In this document: positions 50,001 through 63,108 of the stretch, piece after piece
How positions within the stretch are numbered: the stretch's first letter is position 1
Layout: every line of letters begins with the position of its first letter
Assembly: GCA_973851085.1 (NCBI GenBank)
Contig: OZ316775.1
Location: 6,820,001 to 6,884,000 of the forward strand
Reading direction: 5' to 3'
From: Ptychomitrium polyphyllum
Lineage: Eukaryota
Length of the DNA stretch: 64,000 bases
Notes under the pieces: model-generated
What the model was told of the DNA's origin: nothing
Database searches by the model: none
The model's input: only the letters and a program-made list of their open reading frames with translations
Program-made: the position numbers and the translations under genes

Positions 50001-53000
50001 CTTCGCCTTTGTCCCAAGACGTTGCACCAACGAAATGGACAAATATGGCAATGCAAGCCATGGAGTATATTTGTGTGCTCATAAATACCAACGCAACGCC
50101 ATCCACAATGAGCCCTATTCGCATCGTACAATATACTTGCCCATAGGAACACAACCATCCCCACCCATCTACCCTCTACAAACACAAACACGCCGCCATC
50201 GCTCCTCACCCACGCCCAACCATAATCACTCACATCATGCCAAACAAAACCTCAACGCCATCGTGCTGCCAACGACGCCCCATGCTCACCTTCGCCTCCA
50301 TCCAACCACGACGCCCTCCACTTGCATCCATTGTAAGCGTCCAGCATTTCGTTCTGACGCACATGACACAGCACATGTCCAACTACATCCACGACAGCAT
50401 ACACCCTCATCCACACACCAAGGCCCATCTCTCATCAGCTACCCACGTCCTTTTTGCAACGCTCTTCTTTTACACACCATACAAGCATAAACTCTAGCCT
50501 CCTCCTGCCAACCCATCCGAATCCACAACCCATCCGAATCCAAAACCCTTCCGCTTCCTTCCACGTCCCTAACAATGCACCTCACAAGACACCTCTTGCA
50601 CGCACTCACATCTCCTACACGCGGCCCTTCCCCTCTACTCCAAATCATCACTTCGTTCTAGCTAGCAGCGACCATCTCCGACATCCACATCTCACATCCT
50701 CTGCAACATGCTTCTTGGAAGCTCTGGCAGGGTGGAACACTTGCATCGTGGTCGCCACTGACAGAATTCTGGGGAAACATCGGCACCACTTACAAAACAC
50801 CAACCAATATGGCCGCCTGCACGCAAACTCAAAACTCCGCACCTCGCGTACAAAACTCACCACAATCCACCATTCCCAACAGGCACACTCCACGGCCCAA
50901 TGCGTTCCCGTTCGTGCGCGGACAGACCACAGCCTGGGAACGCCAGGATCTCCGCGCCCCCTTCAGGGCCACCGAACCGCGCACAAATCACATGGGCCCA
51001 CACACGACCGTCCTCCACACCGCCCCCCACCCCCACCCTCACGCCCGGGATAAAAAGAATAAAGACATTGCCAGCTGGCCCTTGCAATTGAAGGGGCCCT
51101 ATTTACATCATGAGGGCCCTGGCGCAATAGCTGCACAGAGAACTAACCTTCCGTAGCAGCACTAGCAAGAAAGGAAGGGGCCCTCCCACAAACCCCCCTC
51201 CGATCCTTCAAAACCAACGTCTTGCCACGAGACCTACACATGCCAGTCTGTACACTTTGGAACGAAGGACGCTTGCTCTTTATACACGCCCGTTACAGCT
51301 AACTCCTGCCTCGACCCTTTCCTTCTCTTCACACGAGTCTAACGTTGCCCCCTACCCATTCACACTGTCCCATGTCCGACCGTCCCACCTGAAATCACAC
51401 ACTACCAGGGAGAGACCAGGGCTGGGTCCCCAGACCCCGGAGCGCCGGCACTTCTCCCGCCGCTCCCGACCCCCAATATATAGAGCTCCTGCTCGTACGT
51501 ACAACCCACTACCGACACCAATCCGCACCAAATAACTTACATGCCGGTGCGACCTGCGATACCGCTTGCCCCGCCCCTCTCCCCGACCTTCAAACACAAG
51601 CTGAATACAATCCTACACGATTACACTATTTACTGCTCACGGTTGCCCTCTCCCCGCTGGACCACCTGCCCTCCATCGCCACCTCGACGACCCACCACCT
51701 CTTCCATGTCGCCACGGAACGCCACCGGAAGCGCGCTCGCCTCTCGTCCTCCACGACGCGCCGCGATGAGACACCCTCCCGCCTCTCAGAAAACCCACCA
51801 TCGTCCCACGCCCCCGCCTCACGCTCACGCGCCCGAGTTGTGCGCCATGTACGCAGCGCTCCGCCTCTCTGCACACACACACACGCAACGCCCGTCAGAC
51901 AACGACCCCACCTCGCCCACTGCCCACCCCTCCTGCTCACCAACTCACACCCACGCACAAGACACATCATCACGTCGCCTCGCACTCCACCAACCCTCGC
52001 TGCGCGTCACTCTGCCGCCAATGGGAACACGCCACTCACCACCGGCAGCCACAAGCTTCTCCACCCGCGCAACAATGTGCTTGCCATACGTGTACTTCTT
52101 CAGCGCATGCAGGTGCACCCGGATGCGGCCCAGCAGCAGCTCGCGCTGCGACTCGTCGCACGTCTCCAGGACCTTCTGGACCACGTAGTTCGCGAACTGG
52201 TCCTTCATCATCGCCTGCAAAACCCCGCGTACCCCCCAGGTCACCCATCTGCACACCCGATATCCACCCGGCCCCGGCAACTACCACACACCCGCTGCTC
52301 ATCCCACGCACCTCTCGACCTCCACACTACGAACCCATCCCTCCGCCTCCCTACTCCCCACTCCAACCCAAAACTCCGCCCCGCCACCCCGACGGCCCAA
52401 TCGCGTGGCTTTCCGCCATCGTCCGGGCCCTCGCAAGCCAGCACCCACCACCCAACCTCAGCTCGTACCTGCAGTGGCTCGTTCTCGTCGGTCAGCCCAA
52501 GCATCTCATCGATCAGAATCTGCCGCTCCACAGGACCGCCATACTCCAGGCATTTCTCCACCACGTTCGACGCAAACTTGTGTTGGCTCATTTGTACAAT
52601 TTGCCCCGCCAGCTTCGTTATGATCTCCCTTCGTTCGTCATCCCGCCCGTGCTCCAGCACATGCTGAATCATCGTCCAACAACCACCGCGTGCGTCCAAA
52701 CGTTAGCAAATGCATCATCCGCCCCCACCCCCCCACACACACATACACACACACACATACCCCGCGGCACTGCAACGCCCTCTGGCATTCGCAACTTCCA
52801 ATGCCACCCACCACAATCACCACTACCCTCTCACAACCATGCTCTCACTCCGCTACGCCCCGACATAACATCCACCACACGACCAATCTCCAGCGCCAGC
52901 CTTGCACTCCCACCCCCCCACCCACAAACGCCCACCCCAAACTGCACCACACGGACCTGCACAACGTAATTGCCATACTGATCTTGGGCGAGAGCACATG

Positions 53001-55462
53001 TCGAACGCAAAATCTCCTCCATGATCCCCTTCTGCTTCTGCTCGTCCGTGCAGTGCTCCAGGACCCTCTGAATCCGCCCACACCCCCAACAAACATCACA
53101 TCGCACGCTCAGCGACGCACACCGCATCTAGCCCCTCCGACCCGGAACACCAACAACGCCGCCCATCCCAATCCATAAAACCAGAACCCCGCCGCACCGT
53201 GCCAGAGGGCAGGCCCGTCTACCTGTATCACCCGGCATCCATAAGGATGCGTCGACAGTGTCACCACCTGGTTGTAGAACGCCGAGATTATAAAATGGAT
53301 CTTGTCCGGCGGCACGCACTCGATGCACTTCTGGATCACGTGGTTCCCGTTCTGGTCCCGCACGCACCGCATCACATGCCCGTCCAGCTCCGACACCAGC
53401 TGCGTCTGCTGATCCACGTCCACCACCTCCAGTGCCTGCCCACGTCCCACACACGCGGGTCAGCTCCCCCCATCACGCACCCAAAACCACCCACCCTCCC
53501 CGCCCCACTCCCCGTGCCCTCTCAGCTCTCGTCAACCACGCTCCCATCCGCCCATCCCACTCCACCCCGGACGCGCCCTACCTTCTGAATCACCCTGCAC
53601 CCGTACATCTGCAAACTCAGCACCAGCACATGCCCCACCAACTCGCTCGCCAGCTCCCTCCTCTGCTGCTGGGTGCCGTGCTCGAAAAACTGCCGCAGCC
53701 ACACAACATGTCAGCCTCCCACACCTCCCAAACCAAACACCGCCCCCGCCGCAACCACCTGCCACGCCCGCCCCACCCCCTCCCGCCACATGTCCGCCTG
53801 CACGCCCACTGCTCACACACACCTCCCGCTCCCCACCCCTCCTACCTTCTGGATCACGTAGTTGCCGAACACGTCCGTCATCAGCGTCAGACCTCGCGGA
53901 AGCACCTCCTGGAACACCATGTTCTTGTCCTCCGGAGTCGCCGTCTCCAGCTTCTGCTGAATGAACCTGCTCCCGTGCTGATCCGCACTGCACTCCAACG
54001 CAAACATCCCTGTCATCACTCACGCTCGCCTCCCTCCCACAACCCCTCCACAACGTCTCTACCACACGCAAACTCATCAAGCCCCATCCTCCATCCTCCA
54101 CCATTCTCACCCAACCCCACCCCACTTCACCACTGCACTGCTCCATTCCCGCGCCCCGCCCACCCATACCTGAACTCCACCACGTGCCCCGCAATGTCCG
54201 ACAGCTCGAACCGCCGGGTCTTGCTGTTCTTGAACTCCTCCAGTAGCGTCGACCCCCGCACCTCCTCTGTCGACTCGCTCGACTTCTGCCCCTGCCACCC
54301 TGCATACGCCCCGCCGCCACCGGATCCCGCGTTCCCAGAGCTCGTCCTCGATCCCGCCGACAGCCGCATGCTGCGCTCGTCCCGCCGCACTCCGAAGCTC
54401 CCCGCCCCCACCGGCGACCCCGGCAGCACGGGGCTCGTCAGGGGCGAGTTGTTGAACGCCACCATCCCCACTCCCGGAGGACTGCCGTAGTAAGCTGGGC
54501 TCACCGATCCGCTCTTCTGGCTCGAGATCGGGATTCCCATCGACCCCGTCCTCGCAAACTGCGCCTTCTGCTCCGCGCTGTACCCCAGCATCGCGCTCAG
54601 CTGGTTCTTCTGCAGCTCCGCCATGTCCACATGGCCTCCCCCCATGTAGCTCCTCAACAGAGACGGGTCCAGAGCGGCCGCGCGTGCCTCCTCCGCCGCC
54701 CGCAGGTACTGCAAATAAATAGGATCGTGCATCTGCGCTGACGCTCCACTCCCGTACTTGTACAGATTCTGCAAATCCACGCCGGACTGCCCAGGAGAAC
54801 CCGGCACGCCGCCTCTCACGCCCATGCTCGCAAGCGCAGCCGCAGTTGCCGGATCGAACACCGGAGGCGGGTACCCGGCCATCATCGGGGCCAGCATCGC
54901 AGGGTTCACGGGGTAACCACCCAGCCCATACTGCGGCCCATAAACGGCTGCTGCAGAGTTCATGTTCGCATAGTACGGGTTCTGCTGCGCCATGTACATT
55001 GCAGCCGCTGCCGCAGCGTACATGTTCGCCGGGCTTGTGTTGCCTTGCAGACCCGCCGCTTGACCTTGTTGGCCTGCCATGCCGGGCACCCCGAACTTCG
55101 CCTGACCACGGAATCCAGACTCCACGCCCGAATACAGCTGCTGCTGCTGCTGCTGCTGCTGCAAAGCCTGAGAGTACGCCAATGCCTGGACCAAACAACA
55201 CGTCGCGCAATGCGTCTCAGGTGAACCCCCAACACACTCACGCAGCACTCAAACACGACACTGCACCGCGCCATCACACCACCCATGTGCGCTCTCTACA
55301 CCTCCCACACCCGCCCGCCCCATTCTCCCTCCAATGCTCAACAACACCGTCACTGCAACTCACCTGAGCTGCCTGTGCCTGAGCAGCTATTTGGGCCCGC
55401 TGCTGCTGCTGCTGCCGTTGCTGCTGCTGCTGCTGCTGCTGCTGAAGCCGCACCTGCTGTTG

Positions 55463-55502
<40 letters not shown>

Positions 55503-57115
55503 TGTTGCAGCTCCCTCTCGTCCATTGCACTCGTCGATCCCTGCACGTCCGACATACTCAACCCTTGCATCACTGCTACCAGATCCGCATTGCTCGCACT
55601 CGCCGACCTGTTCATCTGCAGTGCGTGGGCGAAATCCGCGGCGCTTGCACTCGCGGCCCGACCCAGCCCCATGCTCCTTCCATCCGAGCCCTGGAACCCC
55701 ATGCTTCCTCCCGAAGGCCCTGATGTCACAACCCCGCCCCCTCATCTCACAACGTCAGCCCAACTTTCCCCTCCTCAACCTCCGCCTCCACTCCCACATC
55801 ACCAATGCACGAAAACACACAACCCCGCCCCGCCCTCCTCTTGCACCCACCACTCCGCGCATGCACATTCCACGCAACAGGCAGACACGCTGTACCTGGT
55901 GGCCCGCCCATCCTCGCCAGGCTCGGACTCGCGGAGCGAACATTGCCGCCCAGCGAAATCTCCGGTGTCGGAATCCTTGGCACGGGAGCCGCGGGACCCG
56001 AAGACTGGTGCAGATTCGACCCTCCGGGAATGGGAGTCGTCGACCGGGATCCCGTGCCACCTCCCGCGCCACTCGCCTCCCCCGGGGCCGACTCCCGCAG
56101 ATGAGCCAGTTGCAGCTCCAACACCGCCGCCGCGGCCTCGTTCTCGTCGTTCGCCGCTCGGCTCGACGACCGAGACAGGTGGTACACGGGAGACGGCGTT
56201 CGCGGGAAATCCTCCTGCCAACGTCCCACATGTGCACATTCTCAGATACCACTCCATCCACCATTTTGCTCGATACCACTACGTACACCGCCGTCGCCAA
56301 TCCCCACCTTCCGGGAGGCGTTCCTCGCCCCTCCGCTCCGCCTCACGCCACAGAACTCACCCTCCACTCCTATGCCACTACCACTATCACCACGCCTCAC
56401 CCGGAACCTCTCCCCACAACCCTAACCAACCACTCAAGCACCAACACACCGACTCGTCCATCCAGCCCTACAGCCGCCTGCACCACTAGCTCATGTACCT
56501 GAATCAGATCCACCAGGCTCTTAGGGCGGGGCCCCAGTCCCGACGACAGCCCCATGAAACCATCCCCCCTCTCTGCCCAGTCGCTCGACGCCGTTCTCGC
56601 CAGGGCGCCCATCGGCGAGTTCGCTGAGCTCTCCTCCTCTGCAGCCTCCGGCTCCTCCCTGTGTGTCGGCAACACCGGCTGGCTCGAAAACAACGACCTG
56701 CTGCTGCTGTCGTCCATCGACCGCAGCTTCTTCTTGTCCCCGTACCCGCCGGCTCCCAATCCCGATTGCAGCCTCTGTGCCAGTCGATAATTGTCCCACG
56801 ATATCAGCGGCGGGGGCAGCCTCGGATTCAGGTTGATGTTGCTGTAGTAGTACACCAGATACTCGGGATCCGCGCGCTGCGCTTCCTCCGCATCCAAAAC
56901 GTCGTCGCCTCCCGACTGGGCGCTCAAGCCGCGCCCGCCCTTCGGGCTCGTCGGCATGTCGAACAGCCCACCCATCGCCGCCAGTGACCCCTCCACGCTG
57001 GGGGGGGCGCTGCCGCTCCGCTGCGGTACGTGCCCCGAATTCAAGATGTTGTCGAACCGGGTCCGCCCTTTCAGAAGGCGGCCCAACTCGGTCATTCCAT
57101 CCAGAGTCTGCGAGC
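47046..57115 (-). repeat. Right arm of the ~10.1-kb inverted repeat
   Basis: Reverse complement of 28425-38524, 30 bp shorter because of the polyQ indel. Confidence 0.97.
47188..48129 (+). pseudogene. MBF1: 5'-truncated MBF1 duplicate (exons 2-4 only)
   Basis: Exons 47188-47271, 47616-47698 and 48010-48129 mirror the intact gene. Homology stops at 47046 inside intron 1. No exon-1 sequence (ATGGCGGGTATGGGAGAT...) is visible upstream. Confidence 0.9.
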
Positions 57116-57206
57116 CTCCGTTGTCAGCCCTCGGGCCCTCTCGGAGCCCTCCCATGCTCCCTCTCATCCCTCCGGCCATCATCCTCACAGGGCTCTCCGT
57201 CGCCAT
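51825..57206 (-). CDS. PUM: Pumilio/PUF RNA-binding protein, copy B, 11 coding exons, about 1128 aa
   Basis: Exons 57206-56499, 56214-55896, 55719-55364, 55185-54170, 53987-53846, 53689-53582, 53435-53223, 53067-52957, 52663-52469, 52214-52040, 51868-51825, mapped by mirror symmetry. Distinct N-terminus [31 protein letters not shown] and a polyQ region 10 aa shorter than in copy A. Confidence 0.95.
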
Positions 57207-59060
57207 TTCACTATAGACTGGCCGTCACCATTACTCACATACCACCGGCACGGCCGCAATTTGCGAGCATTCTCCGCCCACCTCGCCTGACTTGCTCACG
57301 AACTATATGTCTCCAACAGCCACTAGGCCCTCCCGATACCCTAGAGGGCCAACGTCTCGTTAGAAGCCATCTCCTGTGCTCCGCATTTCTTCCATGTCAG
57401 CGAATGGCCCGGTTGCGTGCTTTCAATCTCTGCACACAGCTCAGCCTGTTAGGTCATATATCGAATCGGAGGCCCTCTTCGGCTGAAGTATCCCCGACAC
57501 ATATACTAGTCCTACATGCAATAACTAACGAGATTAATACTGCTACGAAATAATCAGGAACACCAAGAGGTCGTTCACAAAATATTACGAACAGCTGTTG
57601 GAGTAGCTATGTGAGGATTTTGTGAATCTTGCTATCGCCGCGATTTTGAATTGGAACCACTGCACGTCTCAACTCCTCGTCGAGAAGTTGCCGGATATGA
57701 TTCTTTCTTGGCCTAGAAGGTGAATCTAGAAAAGAGCTGCAAACCTAAAATGATAGACCTAAAGTACGCCTGGAGGATGTTAACTGGAACCATGAACATG
57801 CCTGAGCTTGAGAATTACACAAGTAACTAAAATTCCAGAAACAGAAGGCTTACAAGACTTGCACGAGTCTAAATAGAAATTTTCATGTTGTATGAGGCCG
57901 TTGGTCAGTAAATATTTAACAGCTCTGCGCTCAAACCTAAGCCCGAAAACAAGACTTAAGCTGAGCTGCAACAGATCGTGATGTCAATTATTGATGAATC
58001 GATCCGGAATCCAGCAACTAACGGAATGTGCCAACGAAGATTTCAGCAAGACCAGGAGATTTTTTGTAATACAGTCGTCTTGCAAAACCTCCATAAGTCC
58101 GACGCAGGAAGTCCAGAATTTACAGTCTTTGCCCCAGGTTCCTCAAATCTCATTATCGACGAAATAATCGGCATAATGTAGTTCCAAGCGATAGATCTCG
58201 AAAAACTCAGACGCCAACTATTTTTAAGCAATTCTTCGCACAAAAACCGTAACACGAGAACAGGAACTGGATCATCTTTCCAGGCCAAGTGCTGACGTCG
58301 CAAATTCCTATACCCAGCCGCAGCGATTGCAGAACCGACAATAAATAACTAATCCAGCGGACATTCGAAGTCGATGGCCAGCTCCCATAACTTTCCACCA
58401 CCATTGAAACATCCAAACTCAACTCCACACCCCCGTTGAATAAAGCCTCAGTCGTTTTCACCGTCGTTTAAAATGCCGAAAGAGACCTATCCCCTCGGAG
58501 CGGAGCAATCTCCCCGAAGCGCCGTGATGACCACACCGAACACCACGAGGAAAGCATAAAGATTTAGGGCACAAGAAACAGAAAAACGCAGAAAGCAAAA
58601 TCAGGCAGCTACCATGAACCTCACACCAACCTGGCACGCCACGCTCTGCGATCGCTCCGCTACCGAAGCTCCCGCCAGGGGCTAGGAAGAGAGCGAGGCC
58701 CCGGTGCCCAGCCCGGCAGTGGTCGGCGACGAGGTGCGTGTGCCTCGCGTGGCGATGGCGCGGCACCTCGCAGCACGCCCCTCGCTCCCCGCAGCGCCCC
58801 CCACCTCCCCACCTCGGCCTCCGCCCGCCATCCGATGTCCCATCCCACGGCCCTCGCTGCTCCCCGCTGGCCACCATTTGTGTTCCCGCAACCGTGTAAG
58901 GGAAACGGCACCCGCACCCTCGCTGCCCCTTTCCCCTGCCCTACGCTCGTCGCCGGTGGAGCTCCGCCGTCCGATCCTCTCCGCTCTTGACGCCGTACCG
59001 TCCACAAGGCGGCATCGGCGTCCCTGGGGAGAGGCGCATTAAGCCGCGCGCTAATCAAGA
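57207..59060 (-). promoter_or_regulatory. Promoter, first exon, leader intron and 5' UTR of Pumilio copy B
   Basis: Minus-strand acceptor CTGATTATTTCGTAG near 57543 is homologous to that of copy A. A GC-rich block at 58630-59060 shares short motifs with 26460-26640. Confidence 0.6.
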
Positions 59061-60708
59061 CACACTTACTTGCTAGGTCATACCGTCACAGTTCCAGGCC
59101 GTCGCAACCTGGGTTTAGGAATCAGTTGGAAAAGTGGGAGAGAAACACTATGAACAATGAGTTTGTTATACATGGTGAGTGGCCTGAGCCCCTGGGGCAC
59201 ATTGCATGATTATCGGACCATCAAGTTTACTGTAGTTTGTTGTTTGTGTTAGAAGAGCAATTCCTTGACTATCGAGAATTTTGAAATATTTGATCTTACC
59301 TCCGTTATTAGAATATTTTGGCTGTGATGTTGAAACGTTAGGAATATTTCAAGTTAAGAAGAATGCTTTGGTACCAAAGCCTAACAGTATGAAGTCCTAA
59401 ATTTGTCTTGGTCACAAATGTGGTTTATTTGCATGTGACATACATCCATCAGAACATCTTGCTTCTGGGCTTCTGATTCTCATAACATTTATTGAGTTAT
59501 GCTAATTTGAAACCTATAATTGGAAGCTGAGCATGTGTTCAACAAATGTTCCTTAGAATGGTACAATAGCAATAGAACTCTAAATAAATTGAGATGTAAT
59601 TATTCAAAAGCATATATTCTAACATAATTTTGAAAAGAAATAAAATTAAGACTCTTTATCTTAATTTCTTTGTTTTTAACATGAGATATAAAATGACATA
59701 CATAAGGTTTATGCATTGGAGGAATTATAATAGCAGTTGACACCAATTTTATGCAAAAGTTAAGAAATCACTATTGAATTTTAAAATATTTTTTAATGTT
59801 GAATGCTTCTAATGTTGAACCATCTAAAAGTTAAAAAAAAAGCCATTACTTATGTCATTCATATTTGAAGGTTAAAAGAAAAATAAGACTATAAAATAAG
59901 GATTGACTGTGCTACCATTCTTTTCATTTGTTATGTATAATTTTAAAAATAACTTTACAATATGAATGCACTTCAAAATTTGTAGAAATAAAAATTATGT
60001 AAGTATTGAACAAATATAATACATGTATATTCCATAATATTGTCAAACATATAACTTTCATATCATTTTAACTACTCTTTAATCATACTTTTTTCCAACA
60101 ATACATCTAGGAATATATTATTTGACCATGTACAGTTTCCATGTTTAAATTTTTTATATTTGAAAAAATCAAAGGTTTATATAATGTTCATTTTTCATAA
60201 AAATATTCTTCCAATATATTATATAATTATATAATTTTTTAAATTTTTAGAAATTTATGCCATTGTTGCTAATTTTATGATATAAAATTTATGTAGCTTT
60301 GATAAATAACTAAAAGTTAATTCAGAAGATTATGAAAAGCCATAATCTTTATGCATGTTTTGTGGTTAGAAGAGTATATTTTAATAAAATGACAAATACT
60401 AGCAAAAAAAAGAGGAATGATCTAATAGCTAAAATTGGCCCATTTATTATTATATTTTTTATTATTTGTTATTAAGTGAAAAATGTTTATGCAATTTTCC
60501 ATTCCAATGTCCTATATATGTCTTTTCTTATTATAAAAATACAAATTCTATTATTATTTTTAATTAAACTTTCAAAAATATTTATATCTTTTATTTTTAA
60601 CCAAAAATAAATAAAAAAATTGATAGTAGAAAAATATTTATGCATATGTGGAATGATGATGTCAACATGTTGGTCTTTGTTCATTATTGCATTAATTCAC
60701 ACATTGCC

Positions 60709-62528
60709 TGTCATGGATATATCATGCAATATAGTCTTTAAAATCTTCTAAAACCTTTTGGTATATTGTAATAGCTTCTTAGAATACTTTCAATACTTCC
60801 ATAGCTATTTCACCCTCTTGGAAAACCTCTTAGAAAAGTTTCATAGACTTCTAAAATATTCTTAAGTTTTATAGCAAGCTTTTTTAGAAATAATCTAGGA
60901 AACACAAGCATCGTAGTATAAATAAAAAACAAGACATGGTATACTTTAATTCTGCCAACACAAGTTGTAGATCATATTTGTAGTGTGCTCTTATTTTAGT
61001 CTTTGTATCAATACTTGTTAATCATTAGCTCTTTGGAAGCTAATTCTTGGAAACTATTTTGTGCCTACTTCTTATTTTTTGTATCTCTAACAATTTGGTA
61101 GGAGTATTCTTCATTTTTGTAAAAGCTAAGGTTTTATTAAAGAAAATAGTAGACTTTCCATCTTCTATAGGATTCCAAAGCGTCTTAGAGATTGCACAGC
61201 ACCTTCTTCTAAACTGACACCATAAATTGATTGATTTCTTCTTTTAAAAGCAAATGCCACTTTTTTTGAAAAAAGGTTAATTTTTCAAAAGATGTGGATT
61301 TATTTTCTTTGAAAATATTATTAGTTTTCTTGTTTCTAATAATCTTAAATACTTAGGTTTTCTTCTTGAAAATATAGAAGGTCCTTGAAGGTTATAAATT
61401 ACCCTCTTCCAAATTAATTTTTTATTGTCTTCTTTTCCTTTTTTATTTCATTCACAAAGTTTATTGGCCAAAATATGAATAACGTGCCAAGAACATCAGA
61501 GAACATGTTTGTAATTATTGCAAATTTTTAAAAGATACTAAACACAATTTGGACAAAGCTTGGTTGCTTGAATTCTACCAATAATATAGAACAACACAAT
61601 TGTCATGTTGAAGAACCAATTGGTGATATTCAAAGTCTATGTTAAGAAGTTATTTGATTGCAAGAGGCCAATATTAGAAGTAAAGTCTTATGTAAAAACC
61701 ATGCAGTGCCAAAGATTCGTATGCCAAACAAATTTGATGGATCATGATTAAAATTTGAAAGGTTATATTCAACAAATAATGTTTTTTCTAAATTTTCATT
61801 GATCTTGTTATTCTAACAATACTATTCAAGTAGAATTTGTAATCATTTTTCTATAAAATAATATACTATCATATTTTAGACCATTAATAGAAAAATGTCA
61901 CTATTGTTGAAGAATTTAAATATTTTTTATAGAATTGTTAACATCCACATTTAGAGTTACTAAACACAAGAGGGTGGTTAAAACAAGAATCTAAAATCTA
62001 CAATAAGAACAACTCTCAGCTTCTATACATATTGTAAAATTTTGACAATTAGCTTGCGACCTAGATTGGAATGACAAGTTTCTAGTCATAAAATTCCTAT
62101 GGGGATTTAAGGAAAATGTGAAGGACTTGCTATTCACAATGCCAAAGATTGATACGTTAAATGATTCATTGCTGAAGCAATAGTATTATTTGAAAGGTAC
62201 TAAGAACAACGCTTGGAATAAAGATTGGTATATCAAAATATGACAACCATTTCTTCAAAAGTATTGGAAAGCCAACCTTCTAGTACCAAAACCTATGCAA
62301 ATTGATGTTGTTAAATTTAGATGTTTGATTCTAGAAGAGAATTAAAGACGCCAAAGAAGAAACGTATGTTTGTATTGTAGCAAGTTTTGATATAAAGTAT
62401 GCAATTGCCAAATCGAAGGATTTACCTTCAAGGCTTAAAGCACAATGGTGGAGGTGAAAAATGATGATATTGAATCATAATAGGGACTATATTATTGGAT
62501 ACTACAAAAAAACGACCATCAAATTAAA
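60709..62528 (+). mobile_element. Second, truncated and highly decayed copy of the chromovirus family (LTR + gag)
   Basis: Starts TGTCATGGATATATCATGCAATATAGTC, homologous to 41814. Gag remnants such as CAATTAGCTTGCGACCTAGATTGGAATGAC and TGTTTGTATTGT match 42890-43380. It ends before the protease. Confidence 0.85.
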
Positions 62529-62534
62529 ATATAT

Positions 62535-62699
62535 TACTATTAGCGACACAAGAAACAAGAAGCAGAAACAAAGTGTTTTCCAAGAATTAGCTTCTAAAGA
62601 GCTAATGATTAAGAAGAACTTAATACAAAGACTAGAATAAGGCAGGATACGAGATGATCCACAATTTAAGTTGGCAAGACTTAAAAATACTTTGTCTTG
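62535..62699 (-). mobile_element. Inverted fragment of the chromovirus LTR
   Basis: Its reverse complement matches 42230-42395 (GATCAT..GTATCCTG..TTCTAGTCTTTGTATTAA..AATTCTTGG..AACACTTTG). Confidence 0.8.
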
Positions 62700-63108
62700 T
62701 GTCGCAACCTTTGTAATGTACCTTAACAAACGTCACACACGTCAATCCTATACACCTCTACATGCACATGGTTAATTTCCATTTTTACTCTTCATGTTCC
62801 AGGATTGGTTTTTGATTCTTCCTACCATTTCTCTTAGAACTTCTAATTGATTGGTAGCCAATGATTAGGTGCGGACTTCCATTCATGTCCAAGGCCTCAT
62901 TTGGTATTACTCCCATTCCACACAGCCTAATTGCACTTAATAGTGTCTCCTCACCACTCATAATCTCCATGTAATCCTAAAATCATTCCGAGCCACCATT
63001 GTGCCAGCAAGAAGACACCATTTCAACTTAGTGATAACAAGCGTACCCTTTGGATCTCATTAGTTCTTTTCATAAAACCAATCATCCACCAGCTCACAAT
63101 AGTGTGGG
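62700..63108 (-). mobile_element. Older, diverged partial copy of the TGTCGC-type LTR
   Basis: Starts TGTCGCAACC and is collinear with 19979-20370, with many C>T and G>A changes. It is interrupted at GTGTGGG by a younger copy. Confidence 0.85.

Noticed and set aside
28425..57115. Inverted repeat as a pure assembly artefact
   Set aside because: Both arms continue into homologous but diverged 5' sequence in register, and they differ by a polyQ indel and edge substitutions. Some consensus homogenisation cannot be excluded without reads.
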